DNA of 64,000 bases from an uncultured Hyphomicrobiaceae bacterium (GCA_937873575.1 CALMPK010000336.1:26624-90623), one strand, 5' to 3'. Numbered from the stretch's first letter, positions 20,070 to 31,054 are shown. Numbers and translations: made by a program. Notes: generated from the sequence alone by a model not told the origin.

Positions 20070-21788
20070 ATGCCGCATTCCCTGACCCATCTTCCGCTAG
20101 GCGACCTTCACACCTCCGCGTTGAACGTGCGCAAGCACGGCTCCAAGGCCATCGACAGCCTCGCCGCATCGATCCGCTCAATTGGCCTGTTGCAACCGCT
20201 GATCGTGCGCAGGAACACGGACGGCTTCGAGGTGATTGGCGGCAAACGCCGCCTCAAGGCGCTGGAGAAGATCGCGCACGACGCCGAGCCCGATACCGAT
20301 GTGCCGGACAGCGTGCCCTGCATCGTAATCGAGACGGACGACGACGCCACGGCCATAGAGGCGAGCTTGGCCGAGAACGTCGAGCGCCTGCCGATGGACG
20401 AGCTCGACCAGTACACCGCCTTCGCCGCGCTGCTCGCGAAGGGCCGCACCGAGGACGAGATTGCGGACGCCTTCGGCATCACCACCGTCGTCGTGCGCCG
20501 CCGCTTGGCGCTGGCCCGCCTGATCCCCGATATCCATCGGCTCTATCGCGCGGGCGAGATCGACGGCGAGACCTTGAAGCTGCTGACACTCGCGACGAAG
20601 GAGCGACAGAAGGCCTATGTCGCGCTGCTGCGTGATCCGGACGCCGCACCGCCGCCGCGCTGGCAGTTGAAGGCATGGCTGCTGGGCGGCGCGGAGATCG
20701 CCACGTCGGCCGCGCTGTTCGACGAGGCCGAGTATCGCGGCGACATCAAGGGCGATCTGTTCGGTGACGAGCGCTTCTTCTCCGATACCGAGCAGTTCTG
20801 GCGCTTGCAGAACGCCGCGATTGCCAAGCTGCGCGACGAGTTGACCGAGAAGGGCTGGCAGACCGTGCATGTAGTCGGCCCCGCCGAGCGCTTCCAGGCG
20901 TGGGGCCATGAGCCCGTGCCCAAGGCCAAGGGCGGCGCGGCCTTCATCGAGGTGGAGCCCAATGGCCGCGTCACGGTGCACAAGGGACTGCTGCCGAGCG
21001 CGGAGGCGCGGAAGGCGTTGCGCACGGCCGACGACGAGACGAGCGGCGAGTGCGCCGACGAGGCCGCGCGCCCCGAGCGGCCGGAATTGAGTGCGCCGCT
21101 TGCCAACTACGTCGATCTCGTCCGCCACAGCGCCGTGCGGCTCGCCGTGGCCAACGCGCCCAAGATCGCGCTGCGGCTGATGCTGGCGCACGTGATCGCG
21201 GGCGCATCACGCTGGCGGATCGAGCCCGAGCGCCAGCAGGCGGCCAGCGAAGCAATTGCCACGGCCTTGTCCGCGCTGCCGAGCCAGACCGCGTTCACGG
21301 CCGAGCGCGAAGCCGCGCGGCAATTGCTTGGTTGGAATGAGCCGGACGGCCCGCTGATCGCGTACGACAACAGCGTCGCGCGCACCGCCGACGTGCTCGC
21401 CCAGCTGATCGCGCTGACCGACAAGGAGGTCATGCGCGTTCTCGCCTTGGTGATGGCCGAAGCACTGGCCAGCGGCACGGCGCTGATCGACACGCTGGGC
21501 GAGACGCTGGCCGTCGATGTCGCCAAGCACTGGCAGCCGGACGATACGTTCTTCGAGCTGGCCCGTGACCGCGAGGCTGTCGGCGCAATGCTGGGCGAGG
21601 TCATCGGCGCACAGGCGGCAGCGGGCTATCTCACCGACACCGGCACTAAGAAGAAGGCGATCATTCGCAAGGCGCTGGCCGGTGACGGCCGGACCAAGGT
21701 CGACGGCTGGACACCACGCTACATGCGCTTCCCGCAGGGCGGCTACACCGGCCGCGCGCTGCTGGCGCGGGAGCGCGCGGTAGCGTGA
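20070..21788 (+). CDS. ParB/Srx N-terminal-domain nuclease-like protein
   Basis: LQPLIVRRNTDGFEVIGGKRRLKAL (ParB GxRR box) followed by an HTH (EDEIADAFGITTVVVRRRLAL). Long C-terminal extension typical of ICE and plasmid ParB-like proteins. Confidence 0.85.
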   Translation: MPHSLTHLPLGDLHTSALNVRKHGSKAIDSLAASIRSIGLLQPLIVRRNTDGFEVIGGKRRLKALEKIAHDAEPDTDVPDSVPCIVIETDDDATAIEASLAENVERLPMDELDQYTAFAALLAKGRTEDEIADAFGITTVVVRRRLALARLIPDIHRLYRAGEIDGETLKLLTLATKERQKAYVALLRDPDAAPPPRWQLKAWLLGGAEIATSAALFDEAEYRGDIKGDLFGDERFFSDTEQFWRLQNAAIAKLRDELTEKGWQTVHVVGPAERFQAWGHEPVPKAKGGAAFIEVEPNGRVTVHKGLLPSAEARKALRTADDETSGECADEAARPERPELSAPLANYVDLVRHSAVRLAVANAPKIALRLMLAHVIAGASRWRIEPERQQAASEAIATALSALPSQTAFTAEREAARQLLGWNEPDGPLIAYDNSVARTADVLAQLIALTDKEVMRVLALVMAEALASGTALIDTLGETLAVDVAKHWQPDDTFFELARDREAVGAMLGEVIGAQAAAGYLTDTGTKKKAIIRKALAGDGRTKVDGWTPRYMRFPQGGYTGRALLARERAVA

Positions 21789-21840
21789 GCACAATAACGG
21801 CCAAGCGCTGCGACGGCAGGTCCGTTGCAGCATTTGGCCG

Positions 21841-21920
21841 TCTGCACGCGACTACCCGCAACTGCACGCGTATCACCGGGATTCCATCTGCACCGGTTGC
21901 TTCCGCTTCGCCATCCTGAG
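21841..21920 (+). repeat. Intergenic repeat copy B
   Basis: TCTGCACGCGACTACCCGCAACTGCACGCGTATCACCGGGATTCCATCTGC ... CGCTTCGCCATCCTGAG, between parB and doxX. Confidence 0.8.
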
Positions 21921-21965
21921 CCCGCGCCGCGCGTCCGCGCGCGCCGTGGAGCAGGAGCACCGGGA

Positions 21966-22421
21966 ATGGACAGCATGTGTGAGCCCGCAACGTGGCCGTA
22001 CGCGGCGCTGGTACTGAGGGTCACCCTGGGCCTACTGTTCATCGTGCATCTGTACTGGAAGTTCAGGATTCACGACGGCGGCTTCGTCAAGTGGTGGTCG
22101 AATTTCGCCACCAACGGCTATCCCTGGTTCGTGCCGTACTATGTTGTGTCCGCCGAGGTCTTGGGTGCGCTGCTGCTGATCCCCGGCATCCAGACACGGT
22201 TGGTCAGCCTCTACGCCGTCCCCATGATGCTGGGCGCCGCGCACTTCTGGTCCGTCCGCAAGGGGTTCTTCTTCACGGCGGGAGGCAGCGAGTTGACGCT
22301 TGTGTGGGCAGTGATGCTGCTGGTGCAGGCGATGCTTGGGGATGGGGCGTTCGCGGTCCGGTTGGCGGGCTTGGGCACCGAGTTGCTGGGTTCGGCTACA
22401 TCGAAGGCCACATTTGGCTAG
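21966..22421 (+). CDS. DoxX-family membrane protein
   Basis: Four TM helices with LRVTLGLLFIVHLYWKF and GYPWFVPYYVVSAEVLGALLLIPG. The start is taken at MDSMCE. Confidence 0.75.
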   Translation: MDSMCEPATWPYAALVLRVTLGLLFIVHLYWKFRIHDGGFVKWWSNFATNGYPWFVPYYVVSAEVLGALLLIPGIQTRLVSLYAVPMMLGAAHFWSVRKGFFFTAGGSELTLVWAVMLLVQAMLGDGAFAVRLAGLGTELLGSATSKATFG

Positions 22422-22486
22422 CGCTGGCTAAGCACCGGCCTAATCGACTAGAGAGGCACGAGCTTGATCGCCGCTCGGACTTCCAT

Positions 22487-22945
22487 CTACTTCCGCCTAT
22501 CTCGTCGAACGAAGTACGATTTGCCATCGAGACTGATGCCCTTGTTCGGAAAAGTCTGACGCGTGACGCCGTCGCTGCGATATCCGATCCAATCCTCTTT
22601 GTGCTCGATGATGCGCTTCTTCCAGATCTGACCGAAGAATAGGGCGGCTCGCCTGTCGTCCCGTCCGCTGCGCACCCATATCGCGTGATATGGCGTTCCC
22701 GTCCAATCGCCGCGCTTGCCATTAAACGGGTTGACCCGACCGCCTTCGATGGAGGTGTTCGTAATCGATCCCCACCTCGCGTCGGGCGTGGCGACCAGTT
22801 CATCAAGTCGAGCATTAATTTCCGCATTGATGGCCGCCTGTTCGTCAGGCGTGTACTGCCTCCACTTCGCGTTAAAGTCTTCAACGTACTCGAGTTCCAA
22901 AACTGTTCTCAGGCCGCCAGTCTCAGTCATATCCTCTAACGCCAT
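22487..22945 (-). CDS. Hypothetical protein (orphan, visibly lower GC than its surroundings)
   Basis: 152-aa ORF with normal amino-acid composition and no motif I recognise. It is the only minus-strand gene in this part of the element. Confidence 0.55.
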   Translation of the reverse strand: MALEDMTETGGLRTVLELEYVEDFNAKWRQYTPDEQAAINAEINARLDELVATPDARWGSITNTSIEGGRVNPFNGKRGDWTGTPYHAIWVRSGRDDRRAALFFGQIWKKRIIEHKEDWIGYRSDGVTRQTFPNKGISLDGKSYFVRRDRRK

Positions 22946-23088
22946 GACTCACCCCTTACCGTTTGAAGAATGTCACGGCGCCTTTCGGGAAGCGCGGTGG
23001 TGACAGTCCGTGGCACGATTTAACAGCGCGCGACGATCGACATCACTGGAGTGATGGCCGGCAAAGACGAGCGCTCTTCGCCACCATT

Positions 23089-23168
23089 CTGCCCGCAAAT
23101 ACCCGGAACTGCACGCGTTTCACCGCGATCTCATCTGCACTGGCCGCGCCCGCTCCGGCATCCTGATC
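23089..23168 (+). repeat. Intergenic repeat copy C
   Basis: CTGCCCGCA-(10 nt)-ACTGCACGCGTTTCACCGCGATCTCATCTGCAC ... CGCTCCGGCATCCTGATC, ending 35 nt upstream of traG. Confidence 0.8.
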
Positions 23169-23202
23169 CCAGCTCGCCACCACTTGCGACCGGGGATCTC
23201 CG

Positions 23203-25158
23203 ATGCCGAACGCCCGCATCATCGCCTTTCAACTCAGCATCTCCGTCGCACTCATCGTCGGCGCCATGTGGGGCGCCACGCAATGGGCCGCCGCCTCGCT
23301 CGGGTTTCAGGCGGCGCTCGGCGCGCCGTGGATCAGCCTCGCAGGCTTGCCGATCTACGCACCATGGAAGCTGTTCCCGTGGTGGTTGGCATTCGACGCG
23401 CAAGCGCCGGGCGTATTCAACAAGGCCGGCGCGCTCGCAGCAATCGGGGGCGTAGCCGCCGGCCTCGTCGCAATAGAGGGAGCCGCCTGGCGCGGTCGAG
23501 TCGGGTCGACCGTCACGACCTACGGCTCGGCCCGCTGGGCGGACTGGTCCGACATCGAAGCCGCCGGTCTGGTGGCGGGGCGCGGCGTGCTGCTCGGCCT
23601 CTATGACGACGCCTATTTGCGTCACGTCGGCCCCGAGCACGTTCTCGCGGTCGCACCGACGCGGTCCGGCAAGGGCGTCGGTCTCGTCGTGCCGACGCTG
23701 CTGACCTGGGGGCAGTCGGCGGTGATCCACGACATCAAGGGTGAGAACTGGGAGCTGACCGCCGGCTGGCGATCGGGCTTCTCCGATTGCGTGCTGTTCG
23801 ATCCGACGGATATGCAATCCGCCTGCTTCAATCCGCTGTTGGAGGTGCGCAAGGGTCCGTCCGAGGTGCGGGATGTGCACAACATCGCGGATATCCTGGT
23901 GGACCCTGACGGCACGCGCCCCCGCGATCATTGGGACAAGACCTCGCATGCGCTGCTGACCGGGGCCATCCTGCACGTGCTCTATGCCGAGGAGGATAAG
24001 ACGCTGGCCCGCGTCGCGACGCTCCTCGCCGATCCCGCCCGCTCGATCGAGCGCACGCTGCGGGTCATGCTGACGACCAACCATCTCGGCAGCGAGGACG
24101 CGCCGGTCGTTCACCCGGCCGTCGCCTCGATCGCGCGTGAGGTGCTGAACAAGACCGACAACGAGCGCTCGGGCGTCGTGTCCACAGCCATGGGCCTGCT
24201 CGGGCTCTACCGCGATCCCGTGATCGCGGCGGCGACCTCGCGCTCCGACTGGTGCGTCGCCGATCTGGTGTCCGGCGCACGGCCGATGTCGCTCTATCTG
24301 GTGGTGCCGCCGTCCGATATCTCGCGCACCCGGCCGCTGGTGCGGCTGATCCTCAATCAGATCGCGCGACGGCTGACCGAGCGGCTGCCCAAGACGGCTG
24401 ATCTCGCCTCGCGGCAACGCGTGCTGCTGATGCTCGACGAGTTCCCGGCGCTCGGTCGCCTCGATTTCTTCGAGACCAGTCTGGCCTTTCTCGCCGGCTA
24501 CGGCGTGCGCTGCTTCCTGATCGCGCAATCGCTCAACCAGCTCGACAAGGCCTACGGCACCAACAACGCCATCCTCGACAACTGTCACGTGCGTGTGGCG
24601 TTCGCGCCCAACGACGAGCGCACCGCTAAACGGCTGTCCGACGCGCTCGGCACAACGACGGAATTGCGGTCACAGCGGAACCTCGCCGGCCATCGTCTGT
24701 CGCCGTGGCTGTCGCACCTGGCCGTCGCCGAGCAGGAGACGCCGCGGGCGCTGATGACGCCGGGCGAGATCCTGCAGCTACCCGCCAACGAGGAGCTGGT
24801 GCTGGTGTCCGGCACACCGCCGATCCGCGCGCGCAAGCTCAAGTACTACGCCGACGAGAACTTCGCTCCGCGCCAGCTGCCACCGCCATCGGCCTCGATG
24901 CCGGAGCATCGATTGAGAAACCGGTCTCGGCAACAAGGTGATTGGAGCGGGCCGCTGCGCACCTCAGACGAGCGTCTCGATCAGCCGTGGTCCGATCTCG
25001 TCTCGACCACCGGACGCGAGCCCGAGCGCGCACACGAGCTGCAGCTGCTGCCAGGGACTGAGAACCACGGCTCCGACGACCCGGCGCAACTGCGCGAGGA
25101 CGACAACGAGTTCGAATTCGATTCCGACCAGCCCGCGCGCGGTCGAACGCTGAACTGA
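23203..25158 (+). CDS. traG: Type IV coupling protein TraG (VirD4 family)
   Basis: Two N-terminal TM helices. Walker A APTRSGKGVGLVVP and Walker B LLMLDEFPALG. Confidence 0.9.
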   Translation: MPNARIIAFQLSISVALIVGAMWGATQWAAASLGFQAALGAPWISLAGLPIYAPWKLFPWWLAFDAQAPGVFNKAGALAAIGGVAAGLVAIEGAAWRGRVGSTVTTYGSARWADWSDIEAAGLVAGRGVLLGLYDDAYLRHVGPEHVLAVAPTRSGKGVGLVVPTLLTWGQSAVIHDIKGENWELTAGWRSGFSDCVLFDPTDMQSACFNPLLEVRKGPSEVRDVHNIADILVDPDGTRPRDHWDKTSHALLTGAILHVLYAEEDKTLARVATLLADPARSIERTLRVMLTTNHLGSEDAPVVHPAVASIAREVLNKTDNERSGVVSTAMGLLGLYRDPVIAAATSRSDWCVADLVSGARPMSLYLVVPPSDISRTRPLVRLILNQIARRLTERLPKTADLASRQRVLLMLDEFPALGRLDFFETSLAFLAGYGVRCFLIAQSLNQLDKAYGTNNAILDNCHVRVAFAPNDERTAKRLSDALGTTTELRSQRNLAGHRLSPWLSHLAVAEQETPRALMTPGEILQLPANEELVLVSGTPPIRARKLKYYADENFAPRQLPPPSASMPEHRLRNRSRQQGDWSGPLRTSDERLDQPWSDLVSTTGREPERAHELQLLPGTENHGSDDPAQLREDDNEFEFDSDQPARGRTLN

Positions 25159-25202
25159 GCAGCCCGCAATGCCGAGCCCACTCCGTCGAAGGACACGTCC
25201 CA

Positions 25203-25742
25203 ATGAAGCAGCGAACGACTCTCTACATGACCCCCGAGGCCGTCGATCGGCTGGCGCTGGTCGCCAACTATCGCAAGGGCGCCAAGTCCGCCATCGTCGA
25301 GGAAGCGCTGGACCGCTACCTCAACCCCGAGCGCAATCGCCTGCTCGACGATGCCGTGCTGCGCCGCATCGACACGTTGTCGAAAAGCGTCTCGCACGTT
25401 GCCCGCGATGTGGCCATCGCGACCGAGACGCTGTCGTTGTTCGTCCGCTTCTTCCTGACCATCACGCCGCCGCTGCCGCAGGCGGAGCAGGACGCCGCCC
25501 GCGCGCATGGACGGCAGCGGTTCGAGACGTTCGTCGCCCAGGTCGGCCGGCGCTTGGTGTCGGACCATCGGCTGGTGTCCGAGGTGCTGGAATCGATCGC
25601 CGCCACCAATCCCGATCTGTTCGCGACGGCGCCGGATGATCCGACGCTCAAGACGGCGCCGGCGAACGGGGCAGCCGAACCGTCGCCCGCGAAGGGCGCC
25701 AACACCGATCCCTCACCGTGGCAGGACGAAGTCCATGGGTGA
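25203..25742 (+). CDS. Ribbon-helix-helix (CopG-like) protein preceding trbB
   Basis: N-terminal RHH pattern TTLYMTPEAVDRLALVANYRKGAKSAIVEEALDRYL. Overlaps the trbB start. Confidence 0.7.
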   Translation: MKQRTTLYMTPEAVDRLALVANYRKGAKSAIVEEALDRYLNPERNRLLDDAVLRRIDTLSKSVSHVARDVAIATETLSLFVRFFLTITPPLPQAEQDAARAHGRQRFETFVAQVGRRLVSDHRLVSEVLESIAATNPDLFATAPDDPTLKTAPANGAAEPSPAKGANTDPSPWQDEVHG

Positions 25743-26721
25743 TCTGTTCTCGCTCGCCGCTATGGAGGCCGAGGGACGCCGGCGGCAGATGCTGCGCACG
25801 GCGTTCGGCCCGGCGATTGCCGCAGCGCTTGCCGATCCTTGCGTCATCGAGGTGATGGTCAATCCCGATGGTCGGCTGTGGCTCGACAAGGCCGGCAGCG
25901 GACGTGTCGATACCGGCGCGCAACTCGGTGCGGCCGAAGCCGAGCGGATCATCCGGCTGGTCGCCGCGCACGTGCACCGCGAGGTACACGACGGCGCACC
26001 GATCGTTTCGGCCGAACTGCCTGAGACGGGTGAGCGCTTCGAGGGATTGATACCGCCGCTCGCAACGGCGCCGTGTTTCTCGATCCGCAAGCCGGCCGGC
26101 GTGATCTATTCGCTGGCCGACTATGTCGCGGCGGGGATCGCATCGCCGCGCCAAGCCGACACGCTGCGCGCCGCGATCGGAGACCGCAAGTCCATCGTCG
26201 TGGTCGGCGGCACGTCATCCGGCAAAACCACCCTGGTCAACGCGCTGCTTGCCGAGATCGCCGGGCTCGATGAGCGCGTAATCATCCTGGAGGACACGCG
26301 CGAGCTCAATTGCGCGGCCAAGGATTGCGTCGCGCTGCTCACCAGGCCGGGTGTCGCGTCGCTCGCCGATCTCGTTCGCTCGACACTTCGGCTGCGGCCC
26401 GACCGCATCATCGTCGGCGAGGTGCGCGGGCGCGAGGCGCTCGACATGCTGAAGGCCTGGAACACCGGCCATCCCGGCGGCATCACCACCATTCACGCCA
26501 ACTCGGCGCTATCCGCGCTCTACCGACTGGAGCAGCTGGTGCAGGAGGCCGTGATCACGGTGCCCCGCGATCTGATCGTCGAGGCCATCGATCTCGTCGT
26601 GTTCCTCAGCGGCCGCGGTGCCAAACGCAGGATCGAGACCGTGGCCGAGGTCGTCGATCTCGATCACCACGGCGACTACGTCCTGAAGCCGCTGGGTCCG
26701 CCCGCCCTACACGCCGTCTGA
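25735..26721 (+). CDS. trbB: Conjugal transfer ATPase TrbB (VirB11 family)
   Basis: Walker [31 protein letters not shown] and WNTGHPG motifs. Confidence 0.9.
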   Translation: MGDLFSLAAMEAEGRRRQMLRTAFGPAIAAALADPCVIEVMVNPDGRLWLDKAGSGRVDTGAQLGAAEAERIIRLVAAHVHREVHDGAPIVSAELPETGERFEGLIPPLATAPCFSIRKPAGVIYSLADYVAAGIASPRQADTLRAAIGDRKSIVVVGGTSSGKTTLVNALLAEIAGLDERVIILEDTRELNCAAKDCVALLTRPGVASLADLVRSTLRLRPDRIIVGEVRGREALDMLKAWNTGHPGGITTIHANSALSALYRLEQLVQEAVITVPRDLIVEAIDLVVFLSGRGAKRRIETVAEVVDLDHHGDYVLKPLGPPALHAV

Positions 26722-26735
26722 GGATGGAGGCCAAC

Positions 26736-27077
26736 ATGTTCTACCGCACCAAGATCACTATCGATCGCACCACCATCGCGGCCTGGATCGCAGCTTTCAC
26801 GTGCAAGGTCCTGCTCGCCAGCGCGGCGCAGGCGGCCGGCTCCGGCATGCCATGGGAGGCGCCGCTGCAGCGCATCCTTGAATCGATCGAGGGGCCGGTC
26901 GCCAAGATCATGGCCGTCATCATCATCATCGGCACCGGCCTGACTCTAGCGTTCGGCGACATGGGCGGCGGCTTCCGGCGGCTGATTCAGATCGTATTCG
27001 GCCTGTCGATCGCGTTCGCCGCGACCTCGTTCTTCCTGTCGTTCTTCTCGTTCGCCGGTGGCGCACTCGTCGAGTGA
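26736..27077 (+). CDS. trbC: TrbC (VirB2-like pilin precursor)
   Basis: Long signal peptide ending AQA, then two hydrophobic helices. GGAGG lies 5 nt upstream of the ATG. Confidence 0.8.
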   Translation: MFYRTKITIDRTTIAAWIAAFTCKVLLASAAQAAGSGMPWEAPLQRILESIEGPVAKIMAVIIIIGTGLTLAFGDMGGGFRRLIQIVFGLSIAFAATSFFLSFFSFAGGALVE

Positions 27078-27105
27078 ACAGTCATCGACCGAAGGAGCAG
27101 CAATC

Positions 27106-27378
27106 ATGCAGGGACAGCCATCCGCAATGCCCGGGTACGAGGTGCCATTGCACCGCTCGCTGACCGAGCCGGTTCTGCTCGCCGGGGCGCCGCGCAGCTT
27201 CGCCATCCTCAACGGCACGCTCGCCGCCGCGATCGGTCTCGGACTGAGGGTGTGGATCGCCGGATTGCTGATTTGGCTCGCCGGCCATGCGCTCGCCGTG
27301 TGGGTGACTCGGCGAGACCCCGAGTTCCTGACCGTTCTATCGCGCCACGCCCGTCACAGGAGCACGCTTCGATGCTGA
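27106..27378 (+). CDS. trbD: TrbD (VirB3-like)
   Basis: HRSLTEPVLLAGAPR motif plus one TM hairpin. GAAGGAG RBS. Overlaps the trbE start. Confidence 0.8.
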   Translation: MQGQPSAMPGYEVPLHRSLTEPVLLAGAPRSFAILNGTLAAAIGLGLRVWIAGLLIWLAGHALAVWVTRRDPEFLTVLSRHARHRSTLRC

Positions 27379-29987
27379 ACCTCGCCGAATACCGCCGCAA
27401 GGAGACGCGGCTCGCCGACTATCTGCCATGGGCCTGCCTCGTCGCGCCCGGTGTCGTGCTCAACAAGGACGGCAGCTTCCAGCGCACCTTTCGCTATCGG
27501 GGACCGGATCTCGACAGCGCCACGGCGGCCGAGCTGGTCGCGGTCAGCGCCCGGCTCAACAATGTCGTCAAGCGGTTCGGCGACGGCTGGGCACTGTTCT
27601 TCGAGGCGGAGCGCGTGCCCGCGCAGGGCTATCCGCCCGGCCGCTTCGCCGATCCGGCGTCGTGGCTCGTCGACGAGGAGCGGCGCGCGGCGTTCGAGGC
27701 CGTAGGGGCACACTTCTAGAGCCGCTACTACCTGACCCTGCTGTTCCTGCCGCCGCCCGACGCCGCCAATACGGCCGAGCGGGTGTTCACCGAACGCGCC
27801 GAGCCGCACAGCATCGCCACCGATATCCGCACCCAGCTCGCGGCCTTCGTGACCGAGACCGACCGGGCGCTGGAGATGCTGTCGTCGCTGCTCCCTGAAG
27901 TACAGGCGCTCGGTGATGCGCAGACATTGACCTATCTGCACGGAACCATCTCCGACAAGCATCACGCGATCACGGTGCCGCAGACGCCGGCCTATCTCGA
28001 TGCCGTCCTGTGCGACACCGCGCTCGTCGGCGGCCTCGAGCCGATGCTCGGATCCGAGCACCTGCGCATTCTGACGTTGTGCGGCTTTCCCAATGTCACG
28101 ACGCCAGGCGTGCTCGATGCGCTCAACGATCTGGGCTTCGCCTATCGCTGGATGACCCGATGGATCGCACTCGACAAGACCGAGGCAACGCGGCAGCTGA
28201 CCAAGCTGCGCCGTCACTGGTTCGCCAAGCGCAAGTCGGTGTCCACCGTGCTGCGCGAGGTGATGTTCAATCGCGAGACTGCGCTCGTTGACCCTGACGC
28301 CGATGCCAAGGCGGCCGACGCCGACACAGCCTTGGAAGAGCTCGGCTCCGACGACGTCGCCTTCGGCCACGTCACCACGGCCATCGTCATCTCCGACTCG
28401 GACGCCACCCGCGCCGACGACAGGCTGCTCGCGATCGAGCGCATCATCAACGGCCGCGGCTTCGCGACGATCCGCGAGAGCCTCAACGCGGTCGAGGCCT
28501 GGCTGGGAACACTGCCGGGCAACCCGTACGCCAACGTCCGCCAGCCGATCGTGCACACGCTCAACCTCGTCCACCTGATGCCGGTGTCGGCGGTCTGGGC
28601 CGGCCCGGAAGGCAACGTTCACCTGCGGGCGCCACCGCTGATGCTGGCGCAGACGCGCGGGGCGACCCCGTTCCGGCTCGATCTCCACGTCGGCGATGTC
28701 GGGCATACTCTCATCGTCGGTCCGACCGGCTCGGGCAAGTCGGTGCTGCTGGCGACGCTGGCCCTGCAGTTCCGCCGCTTCGTCGGCGCACAGGTCGTGC
28801 TGTTCGACAAGGGCCGCTCGGCCCGCGCCGCCGTGCTCGCCATGAACGGCACCGCGCTCGATCTGGCGCTCGACGGAGATCTGGCGTTCCAGCCGCTGGC
28901 CCAGATCGATCAGCCCGGTGAGATGGCGATTGCACTGGAATGGGTGATCGGCCTGCTCACCAACGAGAAGGTCGCCGTGACGCCCGAGGTCAAGGATACC
29001 GTTTGGACGGCCCTGCAGAGCTTGGCATCTGCGCCTCGCGCCGAGCGGACGTTGACGGGCCTCGCCGTCCTGATCCAGTCGGCCAAGCTCAGTCAGGCGC
29101 TGGCACCATATACCCTGGAAGGTCCCTACGGCCGGTTGTTGGATGGCGAGGTCGAGAAGCTCGCGCTGGCCGATGTCATGCATTTCGAGATGGACGGGCT
29201 GATGCACCACAAGCAACTGGTGCTGCCGGTCCTCACCTACCTGTTCCACCGGTTGGAAGCGCGGTTCGACGGCCGCCCGATGCTACTGGTTCTCGACGAG
29301 GCGTGGGTGTTCCTCGACGATCCGCTGTTCTCCGCCCGCATCCGCGAATGGCTGAAGACGCTGCGCAAGAAGAACGTGGCCGTGGTCTTTGCCACGCAAT
29401 CACTCGCCGACATCGAGCGCTCCTCGATCGCGCCAGCCATTTTGGAAAGCTGCCCGACCCGCATCTTCCTGCCGAACGACCGGGCGATCGAGCCGCAGGC
29501 GCGCATCGTCTACGAGCGCTTCGGTCTCAATGCGCGGCAGATCGAGATCCTCGCCCGCGCCATTCCGAAGCGCGACTACTACGCCCAGACCGCGCGCGGC
29601 AATCGCCAGTTCGAGCTGGGCCTCGGTCCGATCACGCTGGCATTCGCCGGCGCATCGAGCCCGGACGATCAGCGGCTGATCGATCAGTGTCTAGCCCAGT
29701 CCGGCCCCGCCGGCTTTGCGGCGGCATTTCTCAGAGCCAAAGGCCTGACGTGGGCGGCCGATCTGATCGAGAACATGCAGCCCGTAACCTCGCCGACACC
29801 GCCACCGATTCCTGTTTCGCAACCGCCTCCACCGCTGCCCCGGTCGGCCCACAAGCTGCCGTCCGAGCTGCTGTCGTCGACATCGGTGCAGGCGGTGCTG
29901 GCGCAATCCGCCCACGAGGCAAGCATCGCCGAGCGGCTGTCTCCGTTTCGGGCGCCGCCAGCCAAACCCAAGAGGAGCCGATCATGA
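27372..29987 (+). pseudogene. trbE: TrbE (VirB4-family ATPase) interrupted by an in-frame TAG at 27717-27719
   Basis: ORFs 27252-27719 and 27783-29987 are in the same frame. Translation reads ...AVGAHF*SRYYLTLLFLPPP... straight through the stop. Walker A GPTGSGKS and Walker B LLVLDEAW lie downstream. Confidence 0.8.
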
Positions 29988-30709
29988 TCCGACATCGCCA
30001 TAGACGACAGCTGCTCGGTGTCGGATTGGCACTGGCCATCGGGCTCTCTGCGTCGGCGCCACACGCGCTGACCGTGTTCGATCCGCTCAACTACGAGCAG
30101 AACCTGCTCTCCGCCATTCGCGCGCTCGACACCGTCGAGAACCAGATCCGACAGCTGCAGAACCAGGCGCAGGCGCTGACCCGCATGGACCGCAATCTGT
30201 TGCCACAGTCGGGCAGCATCGGGCCGCAGTTGCAGAGCACCTTGTCGAGCCTCAGAGCGCAGGTCGCCCAGGGCGAGGCGCTCGCGCTCACTGTCCGTGA
30301 GACCGAAGCGGGCTATCAGCGCCTGTTTCCGACGGCGTATTCCGACGCCGTGACAGGCAATGTCGCGATCGGTGCGGCCAAGTCCCGCTGGGACGAGGCC
30401 TACGCCAGCTTCAAGCGCGCGGCCTTGCTGCAAGGACAGGTCGCGGATGCGGTTGGCAGCGATGGACGGTTGCTCGACGACATCCTCGGCCGCTCGCAGT
30501 CATCGCTTGGCGCATTGCAGGCCAGCCAGGCTGGCAACGAGCTCACCGCTCTCGGCGTCAAGCAGGCGCTGCAACTGCAGACCCTGATCGCCGCGCAATA
30601 CCGCGCCGAGACGACCGACCGTGCCCGCAGTATCGTCGCCCAGGAGGAGGCGCGCCAGCGCTTCCAGCAATTCCTCGGCGACAGCCGCGCCTACACGCCA
30701 ATCCGATGA
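29984..30709 (+). CDS. trbJ: TrbJ (VirB5-like)
   Basis: Signal peptide, FDPLNYEQNLLSAIRALDTVENQIRQLQNQ coiled coil, and ATGA overlap with trbE. Confidence 0.85.
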   Translation: MIRHRHRRQLLGVGLALAIGLSASAPHALTVFDPLNYEQNLLSAIRALDTVENQIRQLQNQAQALTRMDRNLLPQSGSIGPQLQSTLSSLRAQVAQGEALALTVRETEAGYQRLFPTAYSDAVTGNVAIGAAKSRWDEAYASFKRAALLQGQVADAVGSDGRLLDDILGRSQSSLGALQASQAGNELTALGVKQALQLQTLIAAQYRAETTDRARSIVAQEEARQRFQQFLGDSRAYTPIR

Positions 30710-31054
30710 GGACCATCATGAGAGACCGGATCGGCTACTCCGCAAGAGTTGTGCAGCTGGTGCTTCGCACCTGGAGCCGTGGTCGATTGCCATGTGCAGA
30801 GCGTTGGAAGCGATACTTCCGTCGCGAGAGCCGCCCGCCGACTTCGCCGACACAGACTAGCGTTCGCGCGACCGATCGACCGACATGGGTGCCGAGACTG
30901 GTCGATGACGAGTGGCCGCCGTGGCCGCGATCGGGCAACGACGCACAGTCCGAGCAACGACGACACTGAAACCCGTCTGACGCGCTCACTGAATCATCCC
31001 GCCACCCATCGCTCCCGGCGCCGGCCTTGTCGGCGCCGACGGGAAGGCTTTGCC

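Noticed and set aside
23131-24588. 485-aa ORF antisense to traG
   Set aside because: It is an Arg/Gly-rich mirror ORF, and traG on the + strand carries Walker motifs.
27354-29249. 631-aa ORF antisense to trbE
   Set aside because: It is a mirror ORF of a strongly supported gene and has no recognisable domain.
30706-30969. 87-aa ORF in the trbJ-trbL gap, where related operons carry a small entry-exclusion lipoprotein gene (trbK-like)
   Set aside because: It has no signal peptide or lipobox and is very Arg-rich. I cannot support a CDS here. The 345-bp gap may hold a degenerate or very divergent trbK.
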